A stretch of 63,380 nt of DNA, the filler included, from Saprolegnia diclina VS20 (taxonomy: Eukaryota), in NCBI RefSeq assembly GCF_000281045.1. It is 8 parts of 4 records of this genome, joined end to end, with 100 filler letters (N's around TTAATTAATTAA, not from the genome) between each part and the next. Parts side by side here need not be neighbours in the genome. Positions count along the whole stretch, not along the records: positions 61,720 to 63,380 come from NW_008246201.1; 7 more parts are not named here. One strand, given 5' to 3'. Made by a program: the position numbers and the translations under genes. Of this stretch, positions 61,720-63,380 are shown in pieces; the stretch's first letter is position 1, and every line of letters begins with the position of its first letter. The notes beneath the pieces were generated by a model. That model was not told where the DNA came from. It did not search any database and saw only the letters and a program-made list of their open reading frames with translations.

Positions 61720-62246
61720 TTGTCTTGGATGGCCCACGACGCGAGATCCGCGTAGATCTGCGCGTTGGCGTTGGCCGACAGAATCCGCATCGCGTTCTGG
61801 AGGTTGCCGAGATACCCGTTCTGCGTCGCGCAGTTGTTGTTGGCAAGAAGACCAATGGCGTCGGGCTCCAGAATGTAGATGACCTTGCGGTTGCCAACCT
61901 TGTTGGCCAACGACTGGACCCATGCCTTATACTGGTCGGCGTTGCTGTTGCTGCCGCCGCCCGAGAAGCCCGCCGCGCAGTCTTTCTGGGGTAAACCGTA
62001 CACGACGATGACGGGCGTGTCATTGGGGCACGCTGCGAGAAGCGCATCGATAGGGTTGCCGCCGTTGTCGACGTACCACGTAGCGACCGAGTACTTCTTG
62101 AGCTCGTTGATGGCCGGCGCAAACTGGGCGTTGGTTTGAACGGCGACTTGGTACGAGTAGGGCGTGATGCCGGCACAGATGGCAGCAGACGCGAGGTTGG
62201 CGAGGTAGCCGAGGCCGGTGAGTGCGAGCAGAGACGCGATCTTCAT
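61720..62246 (-). CDS. Second GH6 paralog, 5' part only (truncated by a gap)
   Basis: MKIASLLALTGL signal peptide, YGLPQKDC, ILEPDA; close match to 60437-61612. Confidence 0.9.
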
Positions 62247-63380
62247 GATGGAAGAGGGAAAAGGAAAAATGACGTGGTGAATAGCCCGTGTCAAGCCATG
62301 CAGCTTGTGGTGCCATGTCCACGGCACCCGAAGGACCAAGAGGCAATACCGCTCTCGTCTTTGGCTCGATATCTCATTCTCAGCGCTTCGTCGTGAGTCA
62401 TGCCGCGCATCTACATGCTCGCATGCAACGCGTTCGCCGTCCTGCTTAGGACATGGCTGTGCGGATACATTCCTTGTCTATGGGCTACAGTACAGTATGT
62501 ACTTGACAGCGACGCGCGTGGCCTTGTTGAACAGTTACCAGTCGTCACCGTCGACGCTTGAAGCCAATCAGCGCATCGGTGGAGGCGGTGGAGCCGACGA
62601 CTCTAGAGGGTGCAGCGGTCGATATTAAGTAGCAAGCATGCCGGCCATAACTGCACTTTGTCCGAGCCAATTGCTGTACAGACGTTGTATAGATACACTA
62701 TCAGAAAGCACAGATGACAAATGACCGTTTCGTGACCTGTCATGACGACGCCGTATGGTTTTGCGGACGCGGTCACGCAGGCACTCGAGGTCTGTCTGCT
62801 CAAAAAGCTACGTTCTAGAGGCACTAACGCTAGAAAGTACAAACTCTAGGAGTTATGCACGGGAGTTACGTGGGCTTACCACCGAAAGCGAGGTCAGCGG
62901 CATTGGGTCAGTGGGTCGTCATGGGTGCAGCGAGACCGAGCTTCCGGCTGTTACGTGTTGTGACGAGACGCCCGCCCCGTCATCCAATGGCCGCCCGCCA
63001 CATTCTTTGCGATTGTGCATCGGGTCCATCTTCCAACGACGGGGCCATACGCCCTTGAAGCGACCTGTACAACACGATCCTGTCCACAGTGGTGTTGTGT
63101 GATCGCCACATCAAATCTAAGTTTTGTCCCTCGTCCAGTAACCAATGTCCAGACGCGCCACTCTTTTTAGAAAAACATGCTAACGTTGGTGTATCCACAC
63201 TATACAAATCACACTAGTGTACTGGTTTGCTAGACTACCATTTTGGACATCGACGTGTGCTTATCTCGACGGAAAGCACTGCGAGTAAAAGTCGTTTTGG
63301 TACTTGCACACGCTTCCTGCTGCGCACGTTGTCGGACCGTTGTACGACTTGCCACCGCACTGACCCCACGCAGCGACCGT

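Noticed and set aside
50786..63371. Shared ACTTGCCAC...CACTGACCCCACGC motif near 50786 and 63347
   Set aside because: Too short, and the similarity does not extend; cannot distinguish a repeat end from chance.

Overview
Eukaryotic, GC-rich, intron-containing DNA. Gene content, short GT-AG introns and YCATTYY..WTTTNC-type core promoters point to an oomycete, probably Saprolegniales (inference). The window is broken by N gaps and seven artificial N44-TTAATTAATTAA-N44 linkers, so adjacency across those is unproven. Contents in order: a head-to-head pair of papain-like proteases; a 4.2-kb DNA transposon (GGC-ended imperfect TIRs, perfect 8-bp TSD TGAAAAAC) with a 7-intron D..D..DxxH..E transposase gene; a BEACH-domain gene; a pogo-like relic hit by a head-to-tail dimer of a related 2153-bp element that encodes an in-frame core-deleted transposase; seven tandem paralogs of a basic/coiled-coil plus START-like family; a degenerate 2OG-Fe(II) oxygenase-like gene; a secreted TAP-like alpha/beta hydrolase; a DHBP synthase with a degenerate GTP cyclohydrolase II tail; an intronless bacterial-type histidine/serine decarboxylase; decayed repeats and an RT fragment; a TKL pseudokinase; a large membrane protein; an AA17-like LPMO tail with two CBM1; and two GH6 genes. 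The most notable item is the GGC-ended, 8-bp-TSD transposon family and its end-to-end junction with a 6-bp spacer.
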